Below are positions 40,892-54,149 of a stretch of 64,000 nt of DNA, piece after piece. Source of the DNA: Selaginella moellendorffii. Its lineage: Eukaryota; Plantae; Lycopodiophyta. The stretch spans positions 1,245,955-1,309,954 of the forward strand of contig NW_003314275.1 of the NCBI RefSeq assembly GCF_000143415.4. The letters are read 5' to 3'. The notes beneath the pieces are model-generated. The model saw only the letters and a list, made by a program, of their open reading frames with translations, had not been told where the DNA came from and did no database searches. How positions within the stretch are numbered: position 1 is the stretch's first letter; each line of letters begins with the position of its first letter. The position numbers and the translations under genes were made by a program.

Positions 40892-41599
40892 ATCGTTTCA
40901 TCCGATTGGATGACATAGCTGTCATTTTCTTTTCTGATGGTTACCATTGATTTTCAATGAATGGTCCAAGACGGGAAATCTGGCGTGGCTACCTGATGGT
41001 AAGCTATTCATGCACTACACGAACATCCCATAGCAAGCGAGGTGTCACGTCGTGTTTCCAAAGAGTGGAGTTTTTGGGTGTGACGCAGCCATTGGATCTA
41101 TTGCCAAGTGGTGGCCACCCAGATAGAAATTTCTAGGATTGTCCAGGCTACGCTCGAGAGAGAGATCAATGCCACCTATAGCTCCTCTCTTGATGTGGTG
41201 GCTTTGCACCATTTCTTTGTACTTATCAGATGAGATAAGATCTCAATATTCTAACAAGAGAAATCACACATCACACAAGGGAAGGACTTCGAGATCTTTG
41301 CCATGCAGCACGTTAGCTCTTGGCGATCCAGGCTCCCCAACCTCCAATGGCTTGTTCTTTACCTGCTGTGCTTGCTTTTTGTAAGATGTAAGCAGCTGCG
41401 TCGGTGACTGTCACCATTTTGGCCATCCTCTTCTGGAGATTGCTGGATGGCTGTTTCCTGTTCATCTTCTAGCTCTGGGGATGGATGTTTGACGGGATCA
41501 TGTAGTGGGGGCTTCTTGTTTGCCTTGTTGAGCAGCTCTTTTGTATTTGCGCCGTTATACTCATTGTAGTTATCCAAAAGGTGAGCTTGAACGCCCATG

Positions 41600-42640
41600 G
41601 ACTAGATTTTCCCAGTTTGAATTGTACATGGGAATCCCAGAGGCAACGACTCCCAGAGTTTTAGAGATTCACTTTGTTTTGATAAGAACTAGAAAATGGA
41701 TCTTCGCTTCAAAGTGGTTATCGACTTGCCAAGGCATTTGACAGACATCACTGAGCTGCCATCATTGAGCTTTACAAATTGGTGAAACTCCAAATCTTTA
41801 ATGGTCATCAACCATACGCAAAAGTGTCCACTCTCCCCTACATTGTTTGCAATATACATTGGGGCGTTGGAAGTGATATTAAAGGAGAAGAATTATCGTA
41901 TACTCGCTTCTATATGCTGACGACTTGCTGCTGGTTGCCCCGGATGCAGACACACTCGCGAGCTTCAAGTAATAATATCTTCCAGGATACTTGGGATAGG
42001 TGCACAAACAAGGAACATGGACTGAAGGTGTCAAAGAAAGCCGCACAAATGGCATACTATAGTTTCTAGTCAGACTGTCATAACAATACAGTCACAGATT
42101 GGAAGACTATTCTATAATGCTAAAGTGCCACCAGTTGCCTGTGAAGTCACAGATCCAGGACTACCCGGATATATCTGGGGTATGTTAGAAGCACTTCACA
42201 CAAACTTCATCCAGCATGAACCACAGTGGAAGGAATTGCAAGAATGGATGGAACACCTGGGATTAGACCTGGAAGACGTTCTATCGAATCATTGGAACAA
42301 CCAATATTGGATAGACCCAAGCTATGCAACATTGGCTTGTCGCAACTGCTACAAAATATGAGATTTATCGTGTTATGGTCATACAGATGCTGTGCACATC
42401 AGTTAGAGCTTGAACAAGGACAACATTGCAGGCCTTGTGTACTGCAGGAATATCACGCTGTAACCAAAAGCAAGTCGACCACGTCCTCTTTGACTGCCCA
42501 CTGTATCCGAAACCAGAGCCATGGGCGAGATCCACTGCTTAGCTCCAAAACTGCAGATTGTGACTTGGTTCTTCAAAGAGATGGAGAGGATCCGCAAAGA
42601 GTATGGACAACAACTAGAAACTAACGAGCTAGCTATTGGA
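41600..42640 (+). mobile_element. Decayed LINE (non-LTR) RT remnant
   Basis: KCPLSPTLFAIYI (~41822) and LLYADDLLL (~41907) RT motifs, frameshifted. Confidence 0.75.
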
Positions 42641-42879
42641 CTATATCTTATAGAAAAAGTTCTCTTTTCATTATACTCCCCTCATAGATAGTATGGTGTG
42701 ATGCTTGAGTATAGTCTCTATTGGTGTGGTGATACCTATATAAGCCTCTTATCTACACGATAAATCAGCCGCAAAAGGATGAGAAGCATAGGCCTTTGTC
42801 TTCAAATCTAAGGAGATATGTTCAATCTAAGGAGATATTCAGATATATTTTTCTTATTGTGTGTGTATGATCTCAAAAA

Positions 42880-43436
42880 ACAAATGGAGTGCAAGTTTGA
42901 AAGTACCAACTCGGCTACTAGACCAACATGGCTGCACGAAGCTACTCGTCCGGCTTGACACCCTCGAGATTCATAAGCTGGAAGACTTCCACTGCTCGAT
43001 CAGAGTGACCGTTCTGAGCGTTTGTCACCAGGAAACTAAGGTGCACATCTGCATGCTCTCCAACATGCTCCTGGCGGTGCTCAAGTTGAAAGTTGCGTGA
43101 GAGCTATCCAGCAGATAATGGTCTTGCGCAGGATCTCGTGAACGGCCTCGTCAAAATGCCCATTCTCGCAAATGCGAGGATCCACGGTACTGGATTCTTC
43201 TCTGGGATTTGATCGAAGATGTTCTTCGTGAGGGCGACGAAGCCCTGGTGGCTGTCGACATCGCCGTCCACGCACCACGTCTTGATCTGGCATGAAATCA
43301 AAGATCTCTTTCACGGTGGAAAAATCTCCCCTCTGGTGTGGAACGTCCTGTCATTCCGGGCGTAGCACAGTAGTAGGACACGAGATCCTTGGCCGACATT
43401 TTGTCAAAGGTCGATTTCGCTGCCAGAATTTGCCCT
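42880..43436 (-). pseudogene. PPR fragment (copy A of local duplication)
   Basis: KEIFDFMPDQDVV, KNIFDQIPEKNPVPW. Confidence 0.75.
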
Positions 43437-43559
43437 TGGTTAATGTAAACTCATTTCTGGCAAAAATTTTTTAGCCTGTGGGAATGTTTTATTAGGTTGT
43501 CATCCTTTCTCCAACCTCACCCTACCTCTCGAGAAAAAGGAAAAACACAATAAGAATAC

Positions 43560-43814
43560 GGGAGAGGTCGGTTCGTGCAAGAACTGACATCTTCCACCCT
43601 TTAATTTTCACATGAAATGCCCTATCAAGTCAATGAAATTAAAAAAAAAAACTTTGAAGATGTCAATTCGCACAATAACTGACATTTCTATTTCTCTCTG
43701 TTTTCTAAAATATAGAGATCTCACCACTATAAACATGCAAAAAACCAAAAAAACTCGCTTCTAGAAAAAATGAAGGTGGGGAGACATTAGTTCACACACA
43801 AACCGATCTTTCCC
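43560..43814. mobile_element. MITE-like foldback with ~50 bp imperfect TIRs
   Basis: GGGAGAGGTCGGTTCGTGCAAGAACTGACATCTTCCACC vs reverse complement of 43765-43814; internal palindrome ~43656-43689; no clear TSD. Confidence 0.6.
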
Positions 43815-44999
43815 ACCCCTTCAACAAGGAAGAAAAAATAAAAAAAACCAGGCAGAGATGGGCAAAATGCTAAACAGAAACAGCTGTCAAGCACAAGAAA
43901 GAAACCATTATAGAATGAAGATTTCACCATCAAGTTTACAAGAATCCCTAGGATGGACAAAGGCAAATTTGTCTAGTGTGACAACCACAGGACAAGAATC
44001 TGTGACCTTGCCAATATGTTTCTTTATTCTAGCCAAGTATCCAGCCATCAGGTTCCTATCCAAATTTGCCATCCATGTGAAGGGTTTAAGTTCCACTTTG
44101 TGATTATCCTATGGTAAATCACCATAAGATAAAGATTGAAAATTATATACACTACAACTCTATACCATACTAGCTATGAAGTACTAGATTCCATTGAAAA
44201 AGTATATTGATAGTAGAATAGGATTTTGATGGAAAATTCTACTTTTTTATTCTCCAAGAGTGTGGAGAAGCAAAAATATCTCCCACCACTGTGAATTTGC
44301 TTTTGCAACTTTTTGACAAGGTGTAAGATGTAAACTAGGCTATGCAAAGCCGTGTAGTTTGTTCTTGGCTTTTCCTCCTTTTTATTATATGCTTTCTCAA
44401 AGTGAAGTGAAAGTTCAAATTCTACATTTTCAATGGCAATGCTTCTTAAAGTTCCATTTTGTGGTTATCTTTATTCTAGCCAGGTATCTGGCCATTAGGT
44501 TCCTGTCCAAATTAAACATTAATAGCTTGTGTGGATGGCAAATGGTGGAGAGAGATGGCATGGCCACAAGAAGGCCACACTTACACAGTCCTGAGCTGGA
44601 TTAGATCTTTGCCCCTTTGCAGCAGCTTTACCTTTGTCTATAGCCACAATGAACAACCAAGACACCACCAAAAAAGACTTCCTCTCCCTCTTTCTCTCGA
44701 TCAATCAATGACACCACTAGAGACCATCTGAGTGGCAGATGGAATTCTATGTCGAGACATAATCCCAGATTGATATCAACTTGAAGACCACAACTTGCAA
44801 CACAACACTACTGTTCAATACATGGCAACTCTCACAGAGCACACAAGAGGTATTGGCTTCCACTAGGATTTCTCTCCACTATTTGCCATTTCTTGATCTT
44901 TTCTCTTTGATGGATTTTTTTGTGGATCCATCATTGTGATTCCTATTTTTTCTATCTAGCTCGCAAGAATTTGGCCACAACAAAGATATCTTTGCTTTT

Positions 45000-46330
45000 C
45001 CACATGGAATCAATACATAGGGGAATGATAGCAAAAGTGTCTTGGCAAACACTATAATCTATGATTTAGCAAGTATTGAGGGACTAAACTCAATAACATA
45101 GGGGTTTCCAACGTTAACAAGTGCAAATTAACGAATGAATTTCTTTAACCAAGTCAAGTATGTTTGACTAATAGCACTTAGAAATTCTATTCTTATGCTC
45201 TTCTAGCCACGTGCACATGCAAAAATTAATTTCTCAACTAGTTTAAGTGGAGATTGAAAAAAAGGGTCCAACAATACCAACCTCCTACTATCATCAATAA
45301 AAAAAGAATATCCAAAAGGATTAGCCAATAAATAATTTTTGATACCCATAGTCATATTTGCAACACTCTCCCCCCTTTAGGGAAGTCCTCGTTGATACAC
45401 ACTTTAATTTAGACAGCCACTAAAGAAAGAATTCCAAAACAAGTTTACGGTGGTCACATTTTGTGAAAAATGTGAAACTTAAATAATGTAAACAATTAAA
45501 GAGAACAACTTGAGAGACAATCTATAAAGGTTCAAATATAAAGGGAAAGAACCCATGAATAAGAGTGCACCCCCTTTTTCAATCAGTTAAGGGTCTTGGG
45601 ATATTTGGAGTTAAGCGTCTTTAGGTTTAAATAGTATTGAACTGGGTGACCTCCCGGAAAGTTTAAATTTAAGAGCTTGCATTTGGTATCAGAGCAGTTT
45701 CAGGTCCGACTCTATTGGTTACCACATGTTTGATTCAAATCTAGCAAGGGTCCACAGCTGGGCTTGACTTGAGGGGTAAGGTGTCAAGAGAGTAGGGCTC
45801 TCAAGAGAGCTGTGGCTCTCAGCTTTTGTTTATAAGGGTGTTAATTTGCATGGAAACGTGTTAGATTATAAACAACCAAAGAGAACGACTTAAAAGACGA
45901 TTCATAAGGGTTCAAATATAAAGGGAAAAGGGTTTATGAATAAAAGTGCACCCCCTTTTTCAATCTGTTAAGGTCTTGGGATATTTGGGGTTAAGTGTCC
46001 TTGGGTTTGAATAGTATTGGGCTATATGACCTCCCGGGAAGTCTAAATTTAGGAACTTACAAGTGAGTTAGGGGGAAACTTATCTATGTAATGCAAATGT
46101 GTTATCATTTAGACACCTTCTAGCCATCACCGACAAGGATAGAGTCAACCACCCCTACTACTTTAGGTGTCTCCGAACTTACAAAAGATGATATGCCCCT
46201 GCTTGTAGATGATATAAAGAGAGAAGCTAGGGGCCCCAACCCTTCTAAGCAAACAAACTAAACTTATCAATAAAGTTTAGATAGACTATTGTAAACAAAT
46301 AGTTAAAATTATTTATATAGTTACACCTTT
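45000..46330 (-). mobile_element. 3' end (3'UTR, PPT, partial LTR) of a relative of the 1853-9171 chromovirus, interrupted by Cassandra copy 2
   Basis: Minus-strand PPT CTAAAGGGGGGAGAG|TGTTGCAAATATGAC aligns with LTR start 7915 (TGTCGCAAATGTGAC); 46100-46300 matches the reverse complement of 7600-7790. Confidence 0.8.
45487..46061 (+). mobile_element. Cassandra-type TRIM, complete copy 2 (more decayed)
   Basis: LTRs 45487-45681 and 45867-46061; PBS TGGTATCAGAGC at 45684-45695; TSD AATAA/AGTGA; 5S-like core ~45610-45662. Confidence 0.88.
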
Positions 46331-47001
46331 GAATGGAATATAAAATATCAAGAGAGAGGTGTGTGATGTCACTAGTCAACAATAGCTACCCCATGATTAA
46401 AGATTTCACCATGCATATGAAGTACTAAAGCCAATCTACCTATACTAGCCCAAACACAAAGATCAAGAGATGGACAATATCAAAGTCAAAGATAATGATA
46501 TCTTAAATACTTAAATTAGTGAGTAAAACCTAAATTAGAACACAAAAGTATTCCAATGCAATTATCATATGATAAACTAGTTTTATAGGAACCACCAAGA
46601 TCATGAAAAGTTAAGGTCATAAAATTGATCAATCAACAAAATTCAACAACATATATATCATCAAGAAAACTCAATGATAAAGCTTAACTATCAAAGATTG
46701 TAGATAGCATGTTAAACAACTTATGAAGGATAGCTCAAAAAACATAAAGTATTATCAATTGACAAACAAAAAACGTGCAAATGTATCACGCAAAGGAAAT
46801 AACATCCAATCTATCAAAATAAACCATAGTAATAAGCAACAAAACAAAATGAATGTGGCAAAACTAACAAACACTCATTTATGTCAATTATCATATTAGC
46901 CAATCTAAAGAGATTTTGATCATATGGAATTTAAGTTGCTTAAACAAGCTTAAACAAGTGTCAACAACATCCTACCAATATCTCAAACCCAAAAGACCAA
47001 T

Positions 47002-47195
47002 TGTAAGCAACCAAAAATAATGACTTGAGAGATGATCTATAAGGTTCAAATATAGAGGGGAAAGGCCTATGAATAAGAGTGCACTCCCTTTTTTAATTGG
47101 TTAAAGGTTTTAGAATACTTGGGGTTAAACATTCTTAGGTTTGAATAGTATTAGACTAGATGACATCCCGGGAAATCCAAATTTAGGAGCTTACA
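47002..47195 (+). mobile_element. Cassandra-type solo LTR
   Basis: TGTAAGC..GCTTACA with perfect CCAAT TSD on both sides. Confidence 0.9.
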
Positions 47196-47864
47196 CCAAT
47201 CCAGAATAAACCACAAAAAATATGTTATAATGTAAAAGGCAAAAAACAATCAAGATAATAATTAACCATTATAGAAGATCATTAATCATCCTATAAATAG
47301 AGAGATACATAATCATTGTTGAAAATAAAATCCATCATTCTAAATCAATCAACAATAATTAAGCAAAACCTTTTATAAGGATCAATCAATTATCCTAGAT
47401 GATAATCAATCATCATCAATGATTGCTAAATACAAACTCTAACTACAACATTAAAGTGTAAATGATTAAATTTTCCATTCTACTTTAATCACACCACTTA
47501 TAGGAATTTCACTCACAACCTCTATAAGTCCTATTCCAGACTTGGGGTTTGCTAGCCCCAAGAATGGCATCCATGCTATTCAATCTTTACATTTGGTTCA
47601 AGTGCTTAACATGTTTGATCCTATGATCGATTGTTAGTCTGTATTCACTCTAGCTTTAGACTCCTTAGTGAATATATCATCACCAACACGTGGGTATAGC
47701 TTTTTTGAGTCACACTTGCCTTTCTTGGCCAAATTGGCTCCATTGGGGTCCAACCCCCACACTCTCTCTACTATACTTTTGGAACCTCTACAAACCCCCC
47801 GCCCCCACCCCCCTTCCCCTGGGGGATGATCACTTTGGGCTTTCACCTAACAACCTATATTAAT

Positions 47865-48200
47865 ATTCGGACTCAGACTTGAACTCGGACTCAAACTCAG
47901 TCTCCGACTCGGTTTTAGTCTCAATTTTGGTTCCATCTCGAACTCCATTTCAGACTTCATCTCAAGTCTATCTCGGACTCGGTCTCGGTCTCAGTTCCAT
48001 CTCGGACTCCATCTCGTGTCCATCTCGAACTCCATCTTGGACTCCATCTTGGGTCCATCTCAGACTTCATTTTGGGTCCATCTCGGACTCCATCTCAGAC
48101 TTCATCTTAGACTCCATCTCAGATCCATCTCGGACTCTATCTTAGACTCCATCTCAGGCCCATCTCAGACTCTATCTTGGGTCCGTTTCGAGTCTATCTT
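47865..48200. repeat. Degenerate 12-bp minisatellite (GACTCCATCTCG-like)
   Basis: many tandem GACTCCATCT(C/T)(G/A) units. Confidence 0.85.
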
Positions 48201-49690
48201 GACACATATCATGTGTGGGTCCTCTTGTGTCCCTTTTTTAAAGACTCACTTACTATTTTCTTTGTGCTCGTTCCTCGAGCAATTTGTTGGGAGTTCCACT
48301 CCCACTCTCGACTTTTTGAATTGGAGTTTTTAATTCAAATGTGTTACACTCATTTGGCTTTTGCCTTAGCCACTATCATGTAGCACCCTTTTGGCTTCTC
48401 TTTAAGGTCTAGGGATTTTGTGTCTCATAACTCCACCACCCATAGACAAAGTTGAATATCCTCATTGAATGATAAACCATTTTATAAAGTAACACTAACA
48501 TATATTACCCTCTCCATCTTTAGCACCAAGCTAATATTCATCAAGGGTCTGACACCAGAGGTTTACCATGTCTTGCCCATCCTTTAAGGAGTATAGTCTC
48601 TCCAATATAAAGATTCATTTGATCACTTGTGGTGGTTCTTTATTTTTATTGGTTTAGTTCTTGCTAAACCTATTAGAGACACCTTCTCTCACTACTCATT
48701 CTCAAATAGTCTCAATTTCTATCGATATAACCTTTGTATTTTGGAACTTTTAATTTTGACTTTTCGAAGTCAATTTCCTAGGTGTCTCTGACACCTTGCA
48801 TTGCACATATTGTGCAACCTCCACTTCTCCATCCTAAGAAGTTCTCTATTTGAGGGCACCATCATCCTCTTTTCAATTTCATGCCAGCATTAACACTAAA
48901 TTTCAGTTATTATAATTTGTGCTAAAGTTGTTCACAACCTTATCATTTGGCTATATTGCCACTCCTTCCCTTAGAGCTTCCACTTTTGCCAAATCGGAGC
49001 AATTGAGAATCCATTTTTGAAGATATATTGTCTTTCCCACAATTCATTAACACCCAACACATTAGTGTTCTTGACTTAATTTTGCTATTTGGATTCTTTC
49101 CTATGATTCCCATAGCTATTTTCTTGGCCACTAATCTTTTACTTCTATTCTTTAATTGTTGCACCAAGAAACATAGGATCACTACCTCCATTCTCCAAGT
49201 ATCCTTTTGGTTCTATACCAAAGACTTTGCTTTGCTAAATCCAGAGGGTGTTCACCCCTAGTACATCTTTTTAACATTTTTTGTTGTGGGCTTTATTCAT
49301 GGCCCAATTTTGTGACCCTTCTATAGGTCTCTCCTAGAAACTATTTTTTTCGGACTCAATATGCCATCATATTGACACAATTCATTTCCCTTAGATGTTC
49401 TTCCCACTTGGATGGGGCTGTGATGCAGGTGGTGTTGGACCACTAGTATGATAAAAGTGAATGGGCATAGCCTTAGTGTAACAAGCTGATATGTCCTTTG
49501 GGTGTTGGTCATGGGATCAGATACATGGAGCACTTAGACCTGAAAGGTTAAATGGCATAAATGCCATTCTTGGGGCTAGCCAGTCCCCAAATTCAAAATA
49601 GGATTTATGAAAGTTGTGAGTGAGACTCCTTCATGTGGTCGAAGGTATAATTAAGTGATTAAAGTAGAATGGAAAATTTAGTCACTTATA
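48200..49690 (-). mobile_element. 5' part of a decayed Ty1/copia element (LTR ~49223-49690, PBS-like, gag remnant)
   Basis: Minus-strand TGGTATAGAACC at ~49209-49220; gag-like IFILERLYSLK..TL-NGLS and KKGH knuckle trace; the LTR start recurs inverted at 47457-47600. Confidence 0.55.
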
Positions 49691-52600
49691 ACTATGCATA
49701 ATTAACACTCATCGGAAACTAAAATGAAGACCATGGGATGGATTTATATATATATACAACCTCATAATAGACAAGGGTACAATATAGGTAATAACACCTC
49801 AACCTCAAACAACTAAGTTAGATATCACCATCCTCAGCTAAGATGTAAAGCTACCAAGACCAAATCAAGATTAGTGAGAGCTTACTACTATCATAAAGTT
49901 TAACGAAATGCAACCACTAAGCATAACACTATTGACCCTATTTAGGTGACTAAGGTTTGGGGTGAGAATGGGTCAGTTGCAGGTGCTTGATGTGTTATTT
50001 AACTGAAAATTGCTCTAGTGAAAAGCTAGAAGACACTAGAAAGATTGCACCTACAAGGTTTCATGAAGATCTAATGGCTAGACTATGAGACTTATCTACT
50101 CAAGTTTCATGGTTCAAGCAAATGAAGTCCAATATAAATTTGAGCAACTAGTTCTTTTAGTTGATGCATTTGTTTCTAGATCATGTTGATGAGAAGTTGA
50201 ACTTGGTTATGGAGATTATGCCTTCAAAATTTCAAAAAGATTGAATGGTGGAAGAAGGAGATCTAAATATTTGAGTCCTTGGCTTGTTGCTTAAACTTGT
50301 CCTTCATTACTCCATAGTTCTCTTTTTGGGGGACTAGAGGTTTGCTCCATAGACAGTGGTGAGCTCAAGCAAAGTAAAAGAGATTATTCTCATCCCTATG
50401 ACTTGTAAGGTGATTCTTTCCAAGGATTGGAAGCTTGAAGTGATAGTGTCATGTGTGACTTTGTTTCAAGTGTGTTGGTATTGAGGACTTCTCAAGGAGA
50501 TGGTTCTTCTTGCGAGCTTTTTCAAGGTCGACAGTGGTGGAGGTTTGGAAATAAAGCTCCCCACATAAAGAGGATTTTATCACCAACACTTTGGCAAACC
50601 TTTAGCTTCTATATGGCAAGTGCGGGTGTCTAGTGCAGTGACAATGAACAAGTTTGTGGTCTTTGGCCCTAGCTATAAAGACATTTAAGATAAAGGTCTA
50701 TCCTGCCAAAGAGTGGAAACATGACTTTGGCCCGAGTCCCTTCACAAGGATTTCAAGATTTATGACTCATGTGCATATCTAGAAATGGCACAAGCGTATG
50801 GACGACAATACTTTGAAGGTAGAAGTTTTGACAGAGACCTCTATCAAGGTTGCTAGCTAGAGTTGTCACTTTTTTTTAAAGACATAGATCCGAGAAAAGG
50901 CACCAACAAAAACACTCAACACCGACAAGAGAGACATGATGGTACTGAGTCTCAATAAGGTTTGATTATTAGCAGCTTATAGTTGGGGTAGATATAAAAG
51001 TGTATAAGAGGAAATCAAGGGAGAGTGGTGTACCTCCATGGTTTCAAGGAATACTTATAGTTTGACACACTTCGATTGAGAGACTTGACGAGGCAGAAGA
51101 TGATATAAGGCATGCTCTTTGAGGGGAGCAAGAGAGGCAAATACTTACGAGTGATTGTGGACACCAATGGACAAATGGTGTTCTGGATTCCACAATTGCA
51201 ACAGCATGGGCCGTCAAGCTCATAAGCAACTCCCCTCTCAAGACTGACCCTTGGCTTTTGGAGTTTCTTCTTTTGGGGATCATGAGAGACAAGTTCATGA
51301 GCAACTCCCCTCTCAAAATTGACCCCTTAGCACCTAGAGTTTCTCCCATCATCTTTTTGTTAGCTTTACTCAAGGCAAAGATGATAAAAGGCTGCAATGA
51401 GTTTTCTAGAAATACCTTTACATGAAAACCATCTATTGCTCTTTGTTGGTTTTGTGTATAATGAAAACGTTTTGTTGCAACTCTTTGTTAGTTTCATGCT
51501 TTAACGAAACTCAGCCCAAAGTTGGTTTTTCTAAAAACTATGTTTAACTAAGCATAACATTACAAAGGAAAGGTACAAGGGTTATTTTTCTTAGAAAAGT
51601 ACAACAGCCATTCTTTTATGCTAACTCCAAACTCCATGTAACTCAATTGCTTTAACCCCAAAACATCATACAAACTACTTACTAAAGCTGAGTTAACTAA
51701 AGTAAACTCAAACCTTTTCACTAGTTTGTATTAACTTACGAAAATGGAATAATTTTTGGGCAAAATGATTAATAAATCAACTATTGACAAAGTGTAAGAA
51801 TATTGGTTTTTCTTACATGGTCATGGTCATCAAGTACACTCAAGGTTCTTACAGGAAGCTGTGCATAGGGCTTGGGCAGTTGAAGACGTTAGGTTGGCTC
51901 CTCAGCTATACAATATAGACCAGCTTCCTAGAGGATGGTTGCAAGTGAAGATAGAGTACCTAGTGGTGTCCACTTCATGGGCACCCACAGGCACAAGAGT
52001 TGTGGGCCAAGGTGCTCAAGATGCTAGACAAAGCACACAGAATCCCAGTCATGCCCTCTGGTGACATTGGGGTGTATGGAGATGTTAGAGACGTGAACAT
52101 GATGGTGAGGGTCAGTTATCCCAGCAGGCAAGTCTAGGTCAAATTCATTGGCTTCAACTGGGCTGCTGTGGAGGGGGTTGGGCGATGCCCATATTTCATG
52201 AACAAGGTTGACATCAAGTGGCCGGCAGGAGTGTCAGGTGGCCAGGTGATGCTACAGAAGCACGACAAGGAGCTCCTTGGCCTGTCTCAAGCTGAGCAGC
52301 CTAAGGAACTTCTTCCAGTGGAAGCGTCTTTTGAATCTGAAGAAGGGTGCCGCTTCGCTTTGTGAACATGAAGGCACGTGGAACAAGCCGAGCCAGCGGA
52401 TCGGCTGTGGCTTTTGGCTCTTGGCTGCCGCCACCGGAATGCCACGGCCTGGAGCATCGATTTCCGGCTACAACAAGTATGCGCTAGATTCCAGCGCAAG
52501 AAAATGCAATGTGGATCGCCATTGCGCTGTGAGCAGATGGAGCATCGGGGAACATATTTTCCGGTACTCAGCTCGTATCACTCCAATCCAGAATGTGGGT

Positions 52601-52908
52601 ATAGAGGGAAGGGTTTCTTTCTTGGAGTGGACGCTCGATCGATCGCTGCATTATTTCTTGGGGTTTTAGATTGATCGGTACCGCGCACCAGCTGAAATCC
52701 TGGTCACGGATTCTCCCTGATGGCTGTTTTCCGGATCTACAACTGGCTCCAATTCTATCTCTTTTCTTATTGTCTTGTTTTGTGTTTCCTGTGCTTCAAA
52801 AAATATTGTCGGTTTTACTTAAGTTTTGGGGATAATATTCGATTTATAGTTTACACTTTTAGACTTCCATATATTTAAGGGCAACAATCCTTAGGGTAAG
52901 TCGTAGGA

Positions 52909-53777
52909 ATGGGTTTGATTTTGCTGTTTTATGACGATGATATCCGCATCTTACATCTTGATATTGAAACAGAAACATGGACAGAATTGGAGCAAGTGCA
53001 ACTAGAACCAGATGAGCGTGTTGCTGCAATTCATGCTTCTGCAGGTGGTAATCTCCATGTCTTCATAGTCAAGTTGGTTCCTGTACGGGGGATGCGGAAA
53101 TATCCTCAAAAGTGCTCTCCAAACCCAGGACGGCCAGCCCTTTACAAAATGAATTTGAAAGATGATGGCCTCAAGTGGACAACAATCTCAACAGCTTTCA
53201 TGAAGCCAGGTCAGCAGTATTATGCTACAGTTGATGAAGATACAATTCACGCCTTTGGAATAAACAAGACTCAGGTATACTCAGCAAGTGAAGACAAGTG
53301 GGTAAAAATTGGACGTGTGGCTGGTTTAGATACATTAGGGATAATTACGAATGTGATCTCAAACGGCGCAGATCGTGTGATTGGCTTGTATGAAAAGAGA
53401 GAATTGAGGTATTACAATGCAGGTCAGAATTCCTGGGCAGAGACCTCCCTAAAGAGTTTAAGCACCATGGTGCAACGATGACTATGGTTCAAGGGAAGGT
53501 GGTTGTTGTACAGTTTGGAAACCTTCGCTATTACAATGAGAAAGCTAAACAATGGGAAGAATTTGAGGAACTTCCAGGAGTTTTAGATCAAGAAAAATCG
53601 CGGATTTTTAGGTTGCAAGGGATGCGCTATGCTCCTATGGTGTTTGCTACTAAGCGTTACTGTCACGGGCTCTTTAGAGGTACTATTGATTGGGAGCATA
53701 AAACTGTGACATGGAAGAGGCAGCAGATTCCAGAAACTGTAAGGACGTATTTTTGGGGCATCATGGCTGCCGCATAA
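52909..53777 (+). pseudogene. Kelch/beta-propeller-like gene split by one frameshift (ORFs 52909-53481 and 53478-53777)
   Basis: Repeated Y..W spacing (VYSASEDKW, YYNAGQNSW, YYNEKAKQW); intronless; ATGA overlap. Confidence 0.55.
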
Positions 53778-54149
53778 TTGTTTTATTATTTTGTTATTTC
53801 AATTCTGTATTCGAATTTTTGGTTTTTGACTCTTTTGTCGACGAGGACGAATGCATTTACAAATCTTTTTCATGTTTAAAAAAGGGAAAATGTAAGTGGA
53901 TCCAGGTGGCTGTATGCCATGTGGCTCTAACAATCTGTTAAGTACAAAGAAATGAGTATGGTGTAGTCTCTATTGGTGTGGTGATACCAGCAGCACACTA
54001 TATAAGCCTTTTATCTACACGAAGGCTTAAATTAATCAGCCGCAAAAGGATGAGAAGCATAGGACTTTCCCTCAATCTTAGTTATGGAAAGGAGATATTT
54101 CAGATGTATTTTCCTTATTATGTGTGTATGATCTCAAAAAGCAAATGGT

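Noticed and set aside
39493-40950. Long alternative-frame and antisense ORFs (239, 418, 219 aa) over the SNF2 exon
   Set aside because: Expected by-product of very high GC3
45380-45393. GGGAAGTCCTCGT matching the 5S rRNA 3' end
   Set aside because: Only 13 nt, directly beside a retrotransposon PPT; not a 5S gene. The 5S-like LTR cores are likewise not rRNA genes
47865-48200. CRISPR-like or coding interpretation of the 12-bp repeat
   Set aside because: No unique spacers; eukaryotic minisatellite within TE debris
48570-48620. Minus-strand LYIGETILLKGWARH resembling a GIY-YIG endonuclease of Penelope-like elements
   Set aside because: The overlapping frame (IFILERLYSLK..NGLS, followed by a knuckle trace, downstream of a PBS-like site) fits copia gag better; no upstream GIY half, PLE-type RT or hammerhead seen
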